Part shown: positions 10,159-20,310 of the stretch, in pieces | How positions within the stretch are numbered: position 1 is the stretch's first letter | Layout of the letters: each line of letters begins with the position of its first letter | DNA from: Candidatus Gastranaerophilales bacterium | GTDB taxonomy: Bacteria > Cyanobacteriota > Vampirovibrionia > Gastranaerophilales > Gastranaerophilaceae | DNA length: 39,869 bases | Reading direction: 5' to 3' | NCBI GenBank assembly: GCA_944323635.1 | Contig: CALUTH010000001.1 | Location: 1 to 39,869 of the forward strand | Notes under the pieces: model-generated | Seen by the model: the letters and a program-made list of their open reading frames with translations, nothing else | Told to the model about the DNA's origin: nothing | Databases searched by the model: none | Position numbers and translations under genes: made by a program

Positions 10159-10175
10159 TTAGTAATAATTCCTAA
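10159..10175. promoter_or_regulatory. Candidate Fur/PerR operator (8-1-8 inverted repeat)
   Basis: TTAGTAAT-A-ATTCCTAA: the half-sites match in 7 of 8 positions as an inverted repeat with a TAAT-N-ATT core, like Fur/PerR 7-1-7 boxes. It lies 15-31 nt upstream of the repressor start codon. Confidence 0.4.
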
Positions 10176-10216
10176 TTTTTATTTTAAACTATTCCGGAAT
10201 TTTGTCAAGTGGGTAG

Positions 10217-10320
10217 GGGTAAATGTATTTCGGATTGATAGAAAAACTACCGGCTGGACGTAATGTGGGAGGGATGTATTTTCGAATTAAAAGAGGTGCT
10301 ACCGGCTGGACGTATTTTGG
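10217..10320. repeat. Imperfect ~52-bp tandem repeat (2 units plus the start of a third) containing a perfect 16-bp direct repeat
   Basis: ctaccggctggacgta occurs at 10247-10262 and 10299-10314. Flanking sequence also aligns (ggggtaaatgtatttcggattga... versus gggagggatgtattttcgaatta...). Confidence 0.8.
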
Positions 10321-10467
10321 GGGATAGGGCTGTCCAAAACCGTTTTTGTTGATTTGGTAAAACCTACCTACTTTCCTGCGCTGTTCCCCTCATCCGCATG
10401 GAAATTTACACCCGTGCACCTTCTCTCCATCAAGGGGAAGGTAAATATTATATTATATATTTTATTT

Positions 10468-10479
10468 CCCCCCCCCCCC
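10468..10479. repeat. Homopolymeric C12 tract, 76 nt upstream of the secA start
   Basis: Twelve consecutive C in an otherwise very AT-rich spacer. Confidence 0.95.
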
Positions 10480-10555
10480 TAATTATTAATAAATCATTAA
10501 TTAATTATGTTTCTTCAAGGTTTGTGTTATGATGTTTTTAACATGAGGAGTACAC

Positions 10556-13192
10556 ATGATTGGATTTTTATTAAAGTTACTTGGGGATCCCAATGAAAAG
10601 AAGATAAAACACATGATGGGCGTGGTTGAACGTATTAACGCGCTTGAACCGGAGTTTGAAAAGCTTACCGATGACGAACTGCGTGCCAAAACAGATGAGT
10701 TTAAGGCGATACTTGCAAAACGCCCGACATCAGATAACGAAAAAGCCGACAGGATTCTTGAAAAAGAGGCGCTTGATGCCATTCTTCCGGAGGCTTTTGC
10801 AACTGTAAGAGAGGCAGGAAAACGAGTTCTTAATATGCGCCACTTTGATGTACAGCTTATCGGCGGGTATTTTCTCCATAATGCACATATTGCGGAGATG
10901 AGAACCGGTGAAGGTAAAACCCTTGTAGCGACTCTTCCTGCATACTTAAATGCTCTTACCGGTAAAGGTGTTCACGTTATTACAGTTAATGATTACCTTG
11001 CAAAGCGTGACAGCGAGTGGATGGGTAAGATTTATAAGTTTTTGGGGCTTTCTGTTGGTGTAATACTTTCCAATCATCATTCGCCGACAGAGTTTGAAGA
11101 CAAACGCGCCGCTTATGCCTGTGATATTACCTACGGTACAAACAATGAATTCGGGTTTGACTACCTTCGGGATAATATGGCGGCGAGCGAAGATATGCTT
11201 GTTCAAAGACCGTTCAATTATGCGATTATTGATGAAGTCGACAGTATTTTGATTGACGAGGCGCGTACTCCGTTAATCATAAGCGGACGCGTCGAACAGT
11301 CTGCCGATACGTATACTTTAATGGCGAAAATTGCGCCGCAGTTGACCAAAGATGTTGACTATGAAGTGGATGAAAAAAATAAAAACGTAATCTTAACAGA
11401 GGATGGTATTGATAAAGCACAAGAATTAATAGGTTGCAATGACCTGTTTGATATTAATACTCAGTACGCTCATAACCTTTTACAGGCACTTAAGGCAAAA
11501 GAACTGTTTATAAGGGATACAGACTATGTTGTAAAAGATAATCAGGTAGTAATTGTTGACGAGTTTACCGGACGTTTAATGCAGGGCAGACGCTGGTCTG
11601 ACGGGCTGCATCAGGCAATTGAAGCTAAAGAAGGGGTTGAAATTCAGGACGAAACGCAAACGTTAGCAAGTATAACTTTCCAAAATCTGTTCAGGTTATA
11701 TCCGAAACTCTCCGGTATGACCGGTACTGCGATGACGGAAGAAGCGGAATTCGGTAAGATTTATAACCTTGAAGTTACTTCAATTCCCACAAATAAACCT
11801 GATATTAGAATTAATTATCCTGATGTTATTTTTAAAACAGAGGTTGTTAAATATAACAAGGTTGTGGACGACATTATAAAACAGCATGAACTCGGGCGTC
11901 CGGTTCTTGTCGGGACAATCAGTATTGAAAAATCGGAATACCTTTCTTCATTGTTGAAAAAGCGCGGGATTAAACACAATGTTTTAAACGCTAAGCAGCA
12001 CGAACGGGAAGCATATATTATCGCGCAGGCGGGGCGTTACGGGGCTGTGACTATCGCTACCAATATGGCGGGACGCGGTACGGATATTCTCCTCGGTGGT
12101 AATGCGGAGTATCTTGCAAAAGAAAAACTTGAATCAATGAAGGTATCACCGGATGATCCCGATTATGAAAATATCAAGCAAAGAGTTTTTGAAGAAACTA
12201 AAAAAATTACGGAAGAAGAACATAAGAAGGTTGTAGAGGCAGGCGGACTTCACGTAATCGGTACGGAACGCCACGAATCACGCCGTATTGATAACCAGTT
12301 AAGAGGTCGTGCGGCACGTCAGGGCGACCCGGGGTCTACAAGGTTCTTCTTATCATTGCAGGATAACCTGATGAGAATTTTTGGCGGTGACAAGATGACT
12401 GCTATTATGAATATGATGAACGCTGATGAAGATATGGAAATTGAGTCTTCAATTATTACCCGTCAAATTCAGGCAGCGCAAAAGAAAGTTGAAACTTATC
12501 ACTTTGATATTAGAAAAAGCGTCCTTGAATACGACGATGTTATGAATATTCAGAGAGAAAAATTCTACGCACAGCGCCGCAAAGTACTTAAGGGCAAGGG
12601 CTTAAGAGAAGATGTTAAATATATGATTGAGCGCGAAATAGACCGCCTCTTAAAATCATATATCACTCCTGAAATGAGTCCGGAAGAGTATGTTAAAGAA
12701 GATATTGAAACCCTTATCAAAGAACTTCATTCAACAATACCGCAGCTTTCGTATATCGGGTTTGATGATATTAAAAATTATAAATATCAAAGGATTTACG
12801 ATAATTTAATAGATGCGGCGCTTAAGGCGTATGATGACCACGAAGAAGAAATCATCAATTTTTATAACGATATTATGAAACAGTACAACCCTGACGGTTA
12901 TGTCGAACAGGTGCCGTTCAGCGATGATAATCTTGTACGTTCTCTGGAGCGTGATATACTCCTCAGAGTTGTTGACAACCGCTGGATTGATCACCTTCAT
13001 AATATCGATATGTTAAGAGAAGGCATTGGTTTAAGGGCTTACGGGCAAAAAGATCCGCTTATTGAATATAAAAAAGAGGCGTATGATTTGTTTAACAATA
13101 TGATGCACGAAATTCAAAGCAATACGGTTAAGCACCTCTTTAGAGCCAAATTTGGTATTCAGTTTGTTGACGGAACCGAACAGACCGTGTAA
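10556..13192 (+). CDS. secA: Preprotein translocase ATPase SecA
   Basis: 878 aa. [22 protein letters not shown] (Walker A), [62 protein letters not shown] gaggag SD lies upstream. Confidence 0.97.
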   Translation: MIGFLLKLLGDPNEKKIKHMMGVVERINALEPEFEKLTDDELRAKTDEFKAILAKRPTSDNEKADRILEKEALDAILPEAFATVREAGKRVLNMRHFDVQLIGGYFLHNAHIAEMRTGEGKTLVATLPAYLNALTGKGVHVITVNDYLAKRDSEWMGKIYKFLGLSVGVILSNHHSPTEFEDKRAAYACDITYGTNNEFGFDYLRDNMAASEDMLVQRPFNYAIIDEVDSILIDEARTPLIISGRVEQSADTYTLMAKIAPQLTKDVDYEVDEKNKNVILTEDGIDKAQELIGCNDLFDINTQYAHNLLQALKAKELFIRDTDYVVKDNQVVIVDEFTGRLMQGRRWSDGLHQAIEAKEGVEIQDETQTLASITFQNLFRLYPKLSGMTGTAMTEEAEFGKIYNLEVTSIPTNKPDIRINYPDVIFKTEVVKYNKVVDDIIKQHELGRPVLVGTISIEKSEYLSSLLKKRGIKHNVLNAKQHEREAYIIAQAGRYGAVTIATNMAGRGTDILLGGNAEYLAKEKLESMKVSPDDPDYENIKQRVFEETKKITEEEHKKVVEAGGLHVIGTERHESRRIDNQLRGRAARQGDPGSTRFFLSLQDNLMRIFGGDKMTAIMNMMNADEDMEIESSIITRQIQAAQKKVETYHFDIRKSVLEYDDVMNIQREKFYAQRRKVLKGKGLREDVKYMIEREIDRLLKSYITPEMSPEEYVKEDIETLIKELHSTIPQLSYIGFDDIKNYKYQRIYDNLIDAALKAYDDHEEEIINFYNDIMKQYNPDGYVEQVPFSDDNLVRSLERDILLRVVDNRWIDHLHNIDMLREGIGLRAYGQKDPLIEYKKEAYDLFNNMMHEIQSNTVKHLFRAKFGIQFVDGTEQTV

Positions 13193-13250
13193 ATGTTCGG
13201 GAATGAACTATACGGGGCAAAATACCGGCAGCAGTTTATAGGATAGCATA

Positions 13251-13835
13251 ATGTTTAGCGAAGAAGAAAAGAAAAAGATTTTATCGGTACTGGAAAATGA
13301 CGGCGTAATTGCTTTCGTTACGGATACTGTCTGGGGGCTGGGCTGCCTGCCTGACAGGGAAAAAGCAGTTAAAAAAATATATGAAATTAAAAACAGAGAG
13401 GCTGCAAAGCCATTGATATTGATGTCTAACGAAGTATATAATTTATTCCAGTTTGTTAAGCCCATCCCTATGTCCGCGCAGCGGCTTATAAAACAACACT
13501 TTCCGGGGGCACTTACGGTTGTGCTTGATAAGACGGCAAAAACTCCCGATTTTGTAACTTCCGGCATGAATACTGTCGGAATAAGAGTTCCTGACTGTCC
13601 TGTGTTTGCAGAAATCTGTAAAATTATCCCCGATCATGTCCTTGCCACAACAAGCGCCAATATATCGCACGAGCCTCCCGCTTTAAGTTATCAGGAGGCT
13701 GTGGATTGTGTAGGAAGTAAGGTTGGTTATATTGTTAAGGACTATGGTTTTAAATCTCTGGGGACTGTTTCAACCGTAATCGGTTTCCCCGAAGGTGAGA
13801 TTAAGGTTTACCGGCAGGGAGTTATTGAGGTTTAG
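13251..13835 (+). CDS. tsaC: L-threonylcarbamoyladenylate synthase (YrdC/TsaC type)
   Basis: YrdC-fold motifs VIAFVTDTVWGLGC, KNREAAKPLILM, TVGIRVP, TSANISHEP. Confidence 0.88.
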   Translation: MFSEEEKKKILSVLENDGVIAFVTDTVWGLGCLPDREKAVKKIYEIKNREAAKPLILMSNEVYNLFQFVKPIPMSAQRLIKQHFPGALTVVLDKTAKTPDFVTSGMNTVGIRVPDCPVFAEICKIIPDHVLATTSANISHEPPALSYQEAVDCVGSKVGYIVKDYGFKSLGTVSTVIGFPEGEIKVYRQGVIEV

Positions 13836-13844
13836 ACGCATTTA

Positions 13845-15323
13845 TTATGGATTCATCCACTTATCATTGTTGTTAAGTAAAACATCCAATTTTCGTTTAG
13901 CCTCCTTTAATTCTTCCGGCGTGAGTTCTCGTACCACTTGCTTTTCACCTTCTGCAAGGCTTTCCATATTTATCATATCTTCCAGAATGGTTTCATCTAA
14001 TTCCATATTTCTGGGATTTCTAGGTACTGCAACTTGGTCGGAAGCCCCGCCTAACTTTTTATTGGTTCTTTCAAAATCCCTTATTGCTTCCATAAATGTT
14101 TCTTTAGTCAGAACTGTATTTTTAGGATTCTTTCCTTTTATCACCGCATTGATTTTTTGTTTCATAGTCTTGTTGACAGCATTTTTTATAATATTATTAA
14201 GTTCTCTGTAAGAGGAATTTAATAGGGAGGCTGCAATTTCCGCTATATCTTCTTTGTTTTCAAGGAGTTTTTTCGCCATCGGGTGTTCTCCCAAATATAA
14301 TTTTAAGGCGCTTTCAATTGCTTCAATATCCGGGTTCCCAACGTATATTTTGGTTCCAAACCTATTCATTGCAGCAGGGTTCATATTGCCGATGTTTCCG
14401 GTGTTACTGTTGCGTGTCATATTAGTTGTTGCAAATACTTTTATATTTTTGTACGGTAAAAAGTCATCCATTATTTGCAGGAATGTTTTAATTGTGATGG
14501 CTCTTTCATGGTCTGCGCCTGATGTCGGATTTTTTATTTCCGACAGGATTGACTCAACTTCGTCAAAGAGTACGAAATATTCCTGATCCGGGTTTTTCTT
14601 TGCATGAGCAATTATTGCATCGGCTTTTGCCTGCAAGTTGTTAGCTGTTTCATTTATAATCCCGGAACCTTCTTTACCGAGTTTAAATTCCGCTACTTTT
14701 GCATTGAGTTTTTTTGCTGCAGAGTATACAAAATTTGTTTTACCCGTTCCCGGCGGTCCGTATAAAATACAGAATAAGTTTAAATCAAGATTTTCACTTT
14801 CATATAAATCCTTGTATTTAATCGGATTGATTACTTTATCTATAAGTTCCTGCTTAGGTTCTTTCATACCGGGGAGTTTGTCAAAATCAATTACATTTTT
14901 GTTAAGGTCTATAAACAAATCACTTGAATTTTTCTTGAAATATCTTCCAATCATTGGTTTTAAACTCAGCGCAATAAGAATCGTAAGGACAACTGATGTT
15001 GCAAGCCCTGCGATTCTGTAAAAATTATCCCAGTCAAATTTCTTCTGCGGCTGGCGCTGTACCATCGGGAAATAATAAGGTGTACGCTGCGGAGTATTTG
15101 GGGTTTGTGTGCGCGGCGCTGCTGCCTCTGCTGGGCTGAAAGTATCCCGTTCTACGGCGGGCATTGTATTTCTTCCCTGTTGATTTTGTACAGGTTGATT
15201 ATTATTTGGAATAACAATAATTCGCGGTTGTGTTTGTGTTGTTGGAGATGACTGTGCCGGTGTTTCTTTGTTATAATTGTTCATTACCGGCTGCTGTTCC
15301 GTGCCAAAGTTTACATTATACAT
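13845..15323 (-). CDS. Membrane-anchored classical AAA+ ATPase with a Q/N/P/T-rich N-terminal region and no protease domain
   Basis: Walker A ILYGPPGTGKTN, Walker B YFVLFDEVES, ATTNM sensor region and NRFGTKIYVGNPD. One TM (IAGLATSVVLTILIALSL) follows ~95 low-complexity residues. The ATG at 15323 has an aaggaag SD; the ORF is open to a GTG at 15332. Confidence 0.85.
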   Translation of the reverse strand: MYNVNFGTEQQPVMNNYNKETPAQSSPTTQTQPRIIVIPNNNQPVQNQQGRNTMPAVERDTFSPAEAAAPRTQTPNTPQRTPYYFPMVQRQPQKKFDWDNFYRIAGLATSVVLTILIALSLKPMIGRYFKKNSSDLFIDLNKNVIDFDKLPGMKEPKQELIDKVINPIKYKDLYESENLDLNLFCILYGPPGTGKTNFVYSAAKKLNAKVAEFKLGKEGSGIINETANNLQAKADAIIAHAKKNPDQEYFVLFDEVESILSEIKNPTSGADHERAITIKTFLQIMDDFLPYKNIKVFATTNMTRNSNTGNIGNMNPAAMNRFGTKIYVGNPDIEAIESALKLYLGEHPMAKKLLENKEDIAEIAASLLNSSYRELNNIIKNAVNKTMKQKINAVIKGKNPKNTVLTKETFMEAIRDFERTNKKLGGASDQVAVPRNPRNMELDETILEDMINMESLAEGEKQVVRELTPEELKEAKRKLDVLLNNNDKWMNP

Positions 15324-15393
15324 AATAAACACTTCCTTAAAGACTTCTACACATATATACTAAAACCGGAAAATCGTAAAAATTGACAAAACT

Positions 15394-15442
15394 GTTTAAT
15401 CGGGTTTACAAAAATTTACAATTGGGTTTATTTGTTTAGAAT
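15394..15442 (+). promoter_or_regulatory. Candidate promoter with HLR1-like phased TTTAC(A) direct repeats upstream of glyQ
   Basis: GTTTAAT (15394), GTTTACA (15404) and ATTTACA (15414) sit at exact 10-nt spacing. TTTACAAA-AA-TTTACAAT (15405-15422) fits the HLR1 consensus. The last TTTACA serves as a -35, with a 16-nt spacer and then TAGAAT (15437-15442). Confidence 0.4.
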
Positions 15443-15595
15443 ACATAAAAGATAAGAAAATTTTGCTAAAATTTTACTCTTGGAAAACTTATACAGTCTG
15501 AATTTAGCACGGAAATAAGATTAAAATTTGATTTTTAATTTTTTTAACTATATAATTAACAAGTGTAAAAAATACAATGTATAGTTGGTAGACGA

Positions 15596-16477
15596 ATGGC
15601 GCTTAATTTTCAGGATTTAATACTTAATTTATCAAGATTTTGGTCGGATTACGGATGTATAATCCAGCAGCCTTACGATATAGAAAAAGGGGCATCGACT
15701 ATGAATCCTGCAACTTTTTTGCGCTCATTGGGTCCTGAACCGTGGTCAACGGCTATGGTTGAACCTTGCAGACGCCCGACGGATGCAAGATATGGCGAAA
15801 ATCCTAACAGGCTCGGGCATTATTTTCAATATCAGGTTATATTAAAACCATCGCCGGATAATGCGCAGGAGCTTTATTTACAGAGTTTAGAGGCTATGGG
15901 TATTGATTTATCCAGGCACGATGTAAGATTTGTTGAAGATAACTGGGAATCCCCTACTCTCGGTGCTGCCGGCGTTGGCTGGGAAGTTTGGCTTGACGGG
16001 ATGGAAATTACCCAGTTTACTTATTTTCAACAGGTCGGCGGGCTTGAAGTTAAGCCTGTTGCATTGGAGCTTACTTACGGGTTAGAGAGAATTGCAATGT
16101 ACCTTCAAAACAAAGAATCTGTTTATGATGTTATGTGGAATAATGAATTGAAGTACGGCGATATTTATCTTCAAAACGAAATTGAGCAATCCAAGTATAA
16201 TTTTGAATATTCCAATCCTGATTTGTTATTTAAATTATTTGATTTATATCAGCAGGAAGTTGATAACTGTGTAAAAACGGAACTGGTGTTTCCCGCTTAC
16301 GATTATGTGCTAAAATGTTCTCATAATTTTAATTTACTTGATGCACGCGGTGTTATATCTAAGGATGAAAGAATTAATTTTATAAACAGAGTAAGGACTA
16401 TGGCATCGGCTGTAGCTAATTTATATGTAGAACAAAGACGGAAACTGGGATTTCCGTTGTGTAAGGAAAATCATTAA
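15596..16477 (+). CDS. glyQ: Glycine--tRNA ligase alpha subunit
   Basis: 293 aa. [46 protein letters not shown]... is highly characteristic of GlyQ. Confidence 0.96.
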   Translation: MALNFQDLILNLSRFWSDYGCIIQQPYDIEKGASTMNPATFLRSLGPEPWSTAMVEPCRRPTDARYGENPNRLGHYFQYQVILKPSPDNAQELYLQSLEAMGIDLSRHDVRFVEDNWESPTLGAAGVGWEVWLDGMEITQFTYFQQVGGLEVKPVALELTYGLERIAMYLQNKESVYDVMWNNELKYGDIYLQNEIEQSKYNFEYSNPDLLFKLFDLYQQEVDNCVKTELVFPAYDYVLKCSHNFNLLDARGVISKDERINFINRVRTMASAVANLYVEQRRKLGFPLCKENH

Positions 16478-18069
16478 TGACAGAAAAAAACAACTATCAT
16501 TCACAATCTTCTCTTATGAGAAGTCTTCTCAAACGTAAAAATCCCGATGAGATGATGGCGGATGCCGAAAAAGGCGGGTTGGAAAAGACTTTAGGTGTTT
16601 GGGATTTGATTATTCTCGGCGTGGGTGCGATTATCGGCTCCGGTATTTTTGCAATTGTCGGTGTCGCTGCTGCTACTCCGGGAACCGGTGCAGGGCCGGC
16701 TCTTATGGTATCAATGGTTATTGCTGCTATTGCTTGCGTGTTTTCAGCGCTTTGCTACTCAGAATTTTCATCAATGATACCGGTTGCGGGCGGAGCATAT
16801 ATTTATACCTTTGCTACACTTGGTGAATTTGCGGCGTGGATGGTAGGCTGGATTTTGATGCTTGAGTACGCTATAGGATATATTGCGGTTGCGTGCGCGT
16901 GGTCAAATCACTTTATGCAGTTTTTAAGCGGATTTAAAGCTGTTTTACCTGCGTGTATTACTAATCCGCCGATTTGGCTTGTGTCTGATTTCCGTTCGGC
17001 AGGGGAATATTTAACTTCGCAGGGTATCAGTCCGGAGAGTGTAATTCCGCATTTTGCGGGTATTCCGATATGTATTAATTTACCGGCATTTGTTATTGTT
17101 GCTATTATTACAATGATTCTTATAAAGGGAACAAAGGATTCTACCAAAATGGCTGCCATAATGGTTGTCGTTAAACTTGGCGTGATTGCTCTGTTTGTAA
17201 TAGCCGGAGCTTTTTATGTTAAGCCTGAAAACTGGGTTCCGTTTGCGCCAAATGGGCTTCAGGGACTGTTTATGGGCGCATTTATAATTTTCTTTGCGTA
17301 TATCGGGTTTGATGCGCTTGCCACGGCTGCTGAAGAGTGCAAAAATCCTCAGAAAGATTTACCGATAGGGATTATAGGGTCACTCCTCGTAACGACTGTT
17401 GTTTATGTGCTTGTTGCCCTTGTTTTGACAGGGGTGATGAAAACGAATGGTGCACCTGTTCCGCAGGAGTTTTTAAAAGCGCCTATGGCATATATTATGG
17501 AAATGGTCGGGCAAAACTGGGTTGCAGGATTAATTTCTGTCGGTTCGCTTGCAGGCGTAGCGTGCGTTTTGCTGGTTTTGCAGCTCGCTGCAACGCGTAT
17601 TCTTTACGCAATGAGCCGTGATAATTTCCTGCCGAGTATATTTCAGAAACTGCATCCCAAGTTTAATACTCCGCATATTCTTACGTGGGTTGTCGGTATA
17701 ATCTGTATGGTAGGAACACTTACGCTGGATTTGAATGTTGCTTCGGAGTTGTGTAATTTTGGTACATTTACATCATTTATAATTGTTTGTGTTGCTGTTC
17801 TTATATTAAGAAAAATTGATCCGGACAGACCAAGACCTTTCAAGGTTCCGTTCTCTCCGTGGTTCCCGCTTGCCGGAATAGTTTTATGTACAGGTTTGAT
17901 GATATTTTCAATGGTTATCAAACACTCGCTGTCCGCACTTCTTTTCCCTGTATGGGTAATAGTCGGTATTGCTATTTACGCCTGCTACGGGTATAAGAAA
18001 AACAGACTTGTTGAACAAAATAATACACTGGAAGAAATAGAAAAAGATGAACATAAAATCACTACTTAA
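16477..18069 (+). CDS. APC-superfamily amino-acid permease (CAT-like), paralogue 1
   Basis: 530-aa polytopic protein. Contains the blocks WDLIILGVGAIIGSGIF, MLEYAIG, FFAYIGFDA, ELCNFGTFTSFII and DPDRPRPFKVPFSP. Its ATG overlaps the glyQ stop (TAATG). Confidence 0.9.
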   Translation: MTEKNNYHSQSSLMRSLLKRKNPDEMMADAEKGGLEKTLGVWDLIILGVGAIIGSGIFAIVGVAAATPGTGAGPALMVSMVIAAIACVFSALCYSEFSSMIPVAGGAYIYTFATLGEFAAWMVGWILMLEYAIGYIAVACAWSNHFMQFLSGFKAVLPACITNPPIWLVSDFRSAGEYLTSQGISPESVIPHFAGIPICINLPAFVIVAIITMILIKGTKDSTKMAAIMVVVKLGVIALFVIAGAFYVKPENWVPFAPNGLQGLFMGAFIIFFAYIGFDALATAAEECKNPQKDLPIGIIGSLLVTTVVYVLVALVLTGVMKTNGAPVPQEFLKAPMAYIMEMVGQNWVAGLISVGSLAGVACVLLVLQLAATRILYAMSRDNFLPSIFQKLHPKFNTPHILTWVVGIICMVGTLTLDLNVASELCNFGTFTSFIIVCVAVLILRKIDPDRPRPFKVPFSPWFPLAGIVLCTGLMIFSMVIKHSLSALLFPVWVIVGIAIYACYGYKKNRLVEQNNTLEEIEKDEHKITT

Positions 18070-19579
18070 CAATCTGCTCAAGAAAAAAAGCACTGATGAG
18101 TTGATTGAAGCGACAAAAAAGTCTGAATTAAAAAAGACATTAAATATTTTTGACTTAATAATAATCGGTATTGGCGCGGTTGTCGGAACGGGTATATTTA
18201 CTATTATCGGTACGGCAATTGTAGGAACACCGGATTCGGCGGGTGCGGGACCTGCAATAATTCTTTCTATGGTTCTTGCGGCTATTGCCTGCGTATTCAC
18301 TGCACTCTGTTATTCAGAAATCGCCTCAATGATACCGGTAGCTGGCAGCGCTTATACTTATACATATGCTACAATGGGCGAGTTTATGGCGTGGATGGTC
18401 GGCTGGATTTTGATGCTTGAGTACGCTATCGGAAATATTACTGTTGCGAGCGCTTGGACAGGGTATCTTGTGCAGTTATTGAGAGGGTTTAAGCAGTATT
18501 TACCTGATTTTGTTGTACATTTCCCGTTGTGGCTCAGAAATGACTATATTTCAATGTTAAGGATGTGCAAGATTTACGGATGGGATATTCATGATAAAGT
18601 TCCTCATTTGTTCGGGGTAATCCCTGTTTCTGTTAATCTCCCTTCTGTGTTTATAGTTCTTGCGCTTACTCTGCTTTTGATTAAAGGTGTTAAAGAATCT
18701 ACGCGTGTTGCGGGTATTATGGTCGGCTTAAACTTATTTATGATAATAAGTTTTGTCCTTGTAGGCGCTTTTTATGTCAAGCCTGAAAACTGGACACCGT
18801 TTATGACTAACGGGTTTGAAGGTGTGTTTATGGGGGCTTTTCTGATTTTCTTTGCGTATATCGGGTTTGACGCTATTTCGACTACTGCGGAGGAAACCGA
18901 AAACCCGCAGAGAGATTTGCCGATTGCGATACTCGGAACACTTGTTATATGTACAATTTTATATGTGTGTGTGGCGCTTGTGCTTACGGGAATTGTGCCG
19001 ATTTCTCAGATTGATACCGGCGCGCCGATTGCGCACGCAATGAGTTTTATTAAAAAAGACTGGTTTGCAGGATTTATTTCTGTGGGTGCGCTTGCGGCAC
19101 TGACTTCGGTACTTTTGATTTATCAGCTGGGAACTACCAGAATTCTTTATGCAATGAGCCGCGACAGATTTTTACCGAAGGGGTGGAGATTGATACATAA
19201 AAAATTCAAAACTCCTTATGTTATGACCTGGTTTGCCGGTATTGCTGTTATTGTATTTTCACTGTTTATGGATTTGAGGATTTCTGCCGAGTTATGTAAC
19301 TTCGGTACGTTTACATCATTTATAATTATCTGTATTGCAGTTTTGATTCTTAGAAAAACGGATCCCGACAGAAAAAGACCGTTCAAGGTTCCGTTTTCCC
19401 CGCTCTTTCCGATACTTGGAATTGTTGTGTGCGGCGGGTTGATGGTGTATTCGCTTAAATCGCTGCATGAGTCATCAATATATTTCCCGCTCTGGCTGCT
19501 TGCGGGGGTTCTGATATACGTATTTTACGGATACAGACAAAAACGTATTGAGGACGCACAGCGCAACCGTAACAATTAA
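18047..19579 (+). CDS. APC-superfamily amino-acid permease (CAT-like), paralogue 2
   Basis: 510 aa with the same conserved blocks as the upstream gene (tandem paralogue). It overlaps the upstream gene by 23 nt. Confidence 0.9.
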   Translation: MNIKSLLNNLLKKKSTDELIEATKKSELKKTLNIFDLIIIGIGAVVGTGIFTIIGTAIVGTPDSAGAGPAIILSMVLAAIACVFTALCYSEIASMIPVAGSAYTYTYATMGEFMAWMVGWILMLEYAIGNITVASAWTGYLVQLLRGFKQYLPDFVVHFPLWLRNDYISMLRMCKIYGWDIHDKVPHLFGVIPVSVNLPSVFIVLALTLLLIKGVKESTRVAGIMVGLNLFMIISFVLVGAFYVKPENWTPFMTNGFEGVFMGAFLIFFAYIGFDAISTTAEETENPQRDLPIAILGTLVICTILYVCVALVLTGIVPISQIDTGAPIAHAMSFIKKDWFAGFISVGALAALTSVLLIYQLGTTRILYAMSRDRFLPKGWRLIHKKFKTPYVMTWFAGIAVIVFSLFMDLRISAELCNFGTFTSFIIICIAVLILRKTDPDRKRPFKVPFSPLFPILGIVVCGGLMVYSLKSLHESSIYFPLWLLAGVLIYVFYGYRQKRIEDAQRNRNN

Positions 19580-19581
19580 GT

Positions 19582-20223
19582 ATGAAGAGATTTTTCTTAT
19601 CGTTATTAGACCTTATTTATAAACAAAAATGCTATTGCTGCGGCTCGTCTGCGGAGAATTGCAAGATTTGTTCAAAGTGTTATGAGGCGCTTGAAACCTG
19701 TCCGCCCTCTCCGAGTAAGTTTGTTGCGGGAGTGAACGTATATTGCGCGGGGAGGTATAATAAGAATTTGCAAAAAATGATACGCGGTTTGAAGTATCAC
19801 AGGCAAAAGGAAATGGCTGCGTATATTGCTAAATTTATGTATGAGTACTGGAAGGATTTGGGGATAAACGGGAATTTTACGATAGTTCCCGTGCCGCTGC
19901 ATCCAAAAAGGTTGAAAAAAAGAAAATATAACCAGATGGAACTGGTAGCTGATGAGTTTTCAAAACTCAGCGGGTACCCTGTTAATACAAAACTTATCAG
20001 ACGGGTAAAGGAAACACAGCCACAGTATAAATTAAGCAGGATTGAGCGTCTTGAAAATTTGAAAAAAGCATTTGAAGTTAATAAAAACGAATACACGGGT
20101 GGCGGAATTTTGATACTTGATGATATTTCAACAACCGGCTCTACGTTTGAAGTAATGGTTAATGAATTGAAATTTAACGGGATTAATAATATTGTTTGTT
20201 TTGCTGCCGCAACCCCGTTTTGA
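19582..20223 (+). CDS. comF: ComF-family phosphoribosyltransferase-like protein
   Basis: N-terminal Cys cluster (CYCCGS...CKICSKC) and a C-terminal PRTase motif ILILDDISTTGSTF. Confidence 0.85.
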   Translation: MKRFFLSLLDLIYKQKCYCCGSSAENCKICSKCYEALETCPPSPSKFVAGVNVYCAGRYNKNLQKMIRGLKYHRQKEMAAYIAKFMYEYWKDLGINGNFTIVPVPLHPKRLKKRKYNQMELVADEFSKLSGYPVNTKLIRRVKETQPQYKLSRIERLENLKKAFEVNKNEYTGGGILILDDISTTGSTFEVMVNELKFNGINNIVCFAAATPF

Positions 20224-20310
20224 TATGTTAAAAAATTTGGTAGTATTGTTTCATAGATTTTTGGATGTTGCAACAATTAAAAATCGGGATTACTTAATCT
20301 GGAACATACC

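Noticed and set aside
13795-15021. Plus-strand ORFs 13795..14211, 14254..14586 and 14638..15021.
   Set aside because: All are antisense shadows of the AAA+ ATPase gene, whose Walker A/B motifs establish the - strand as coding.
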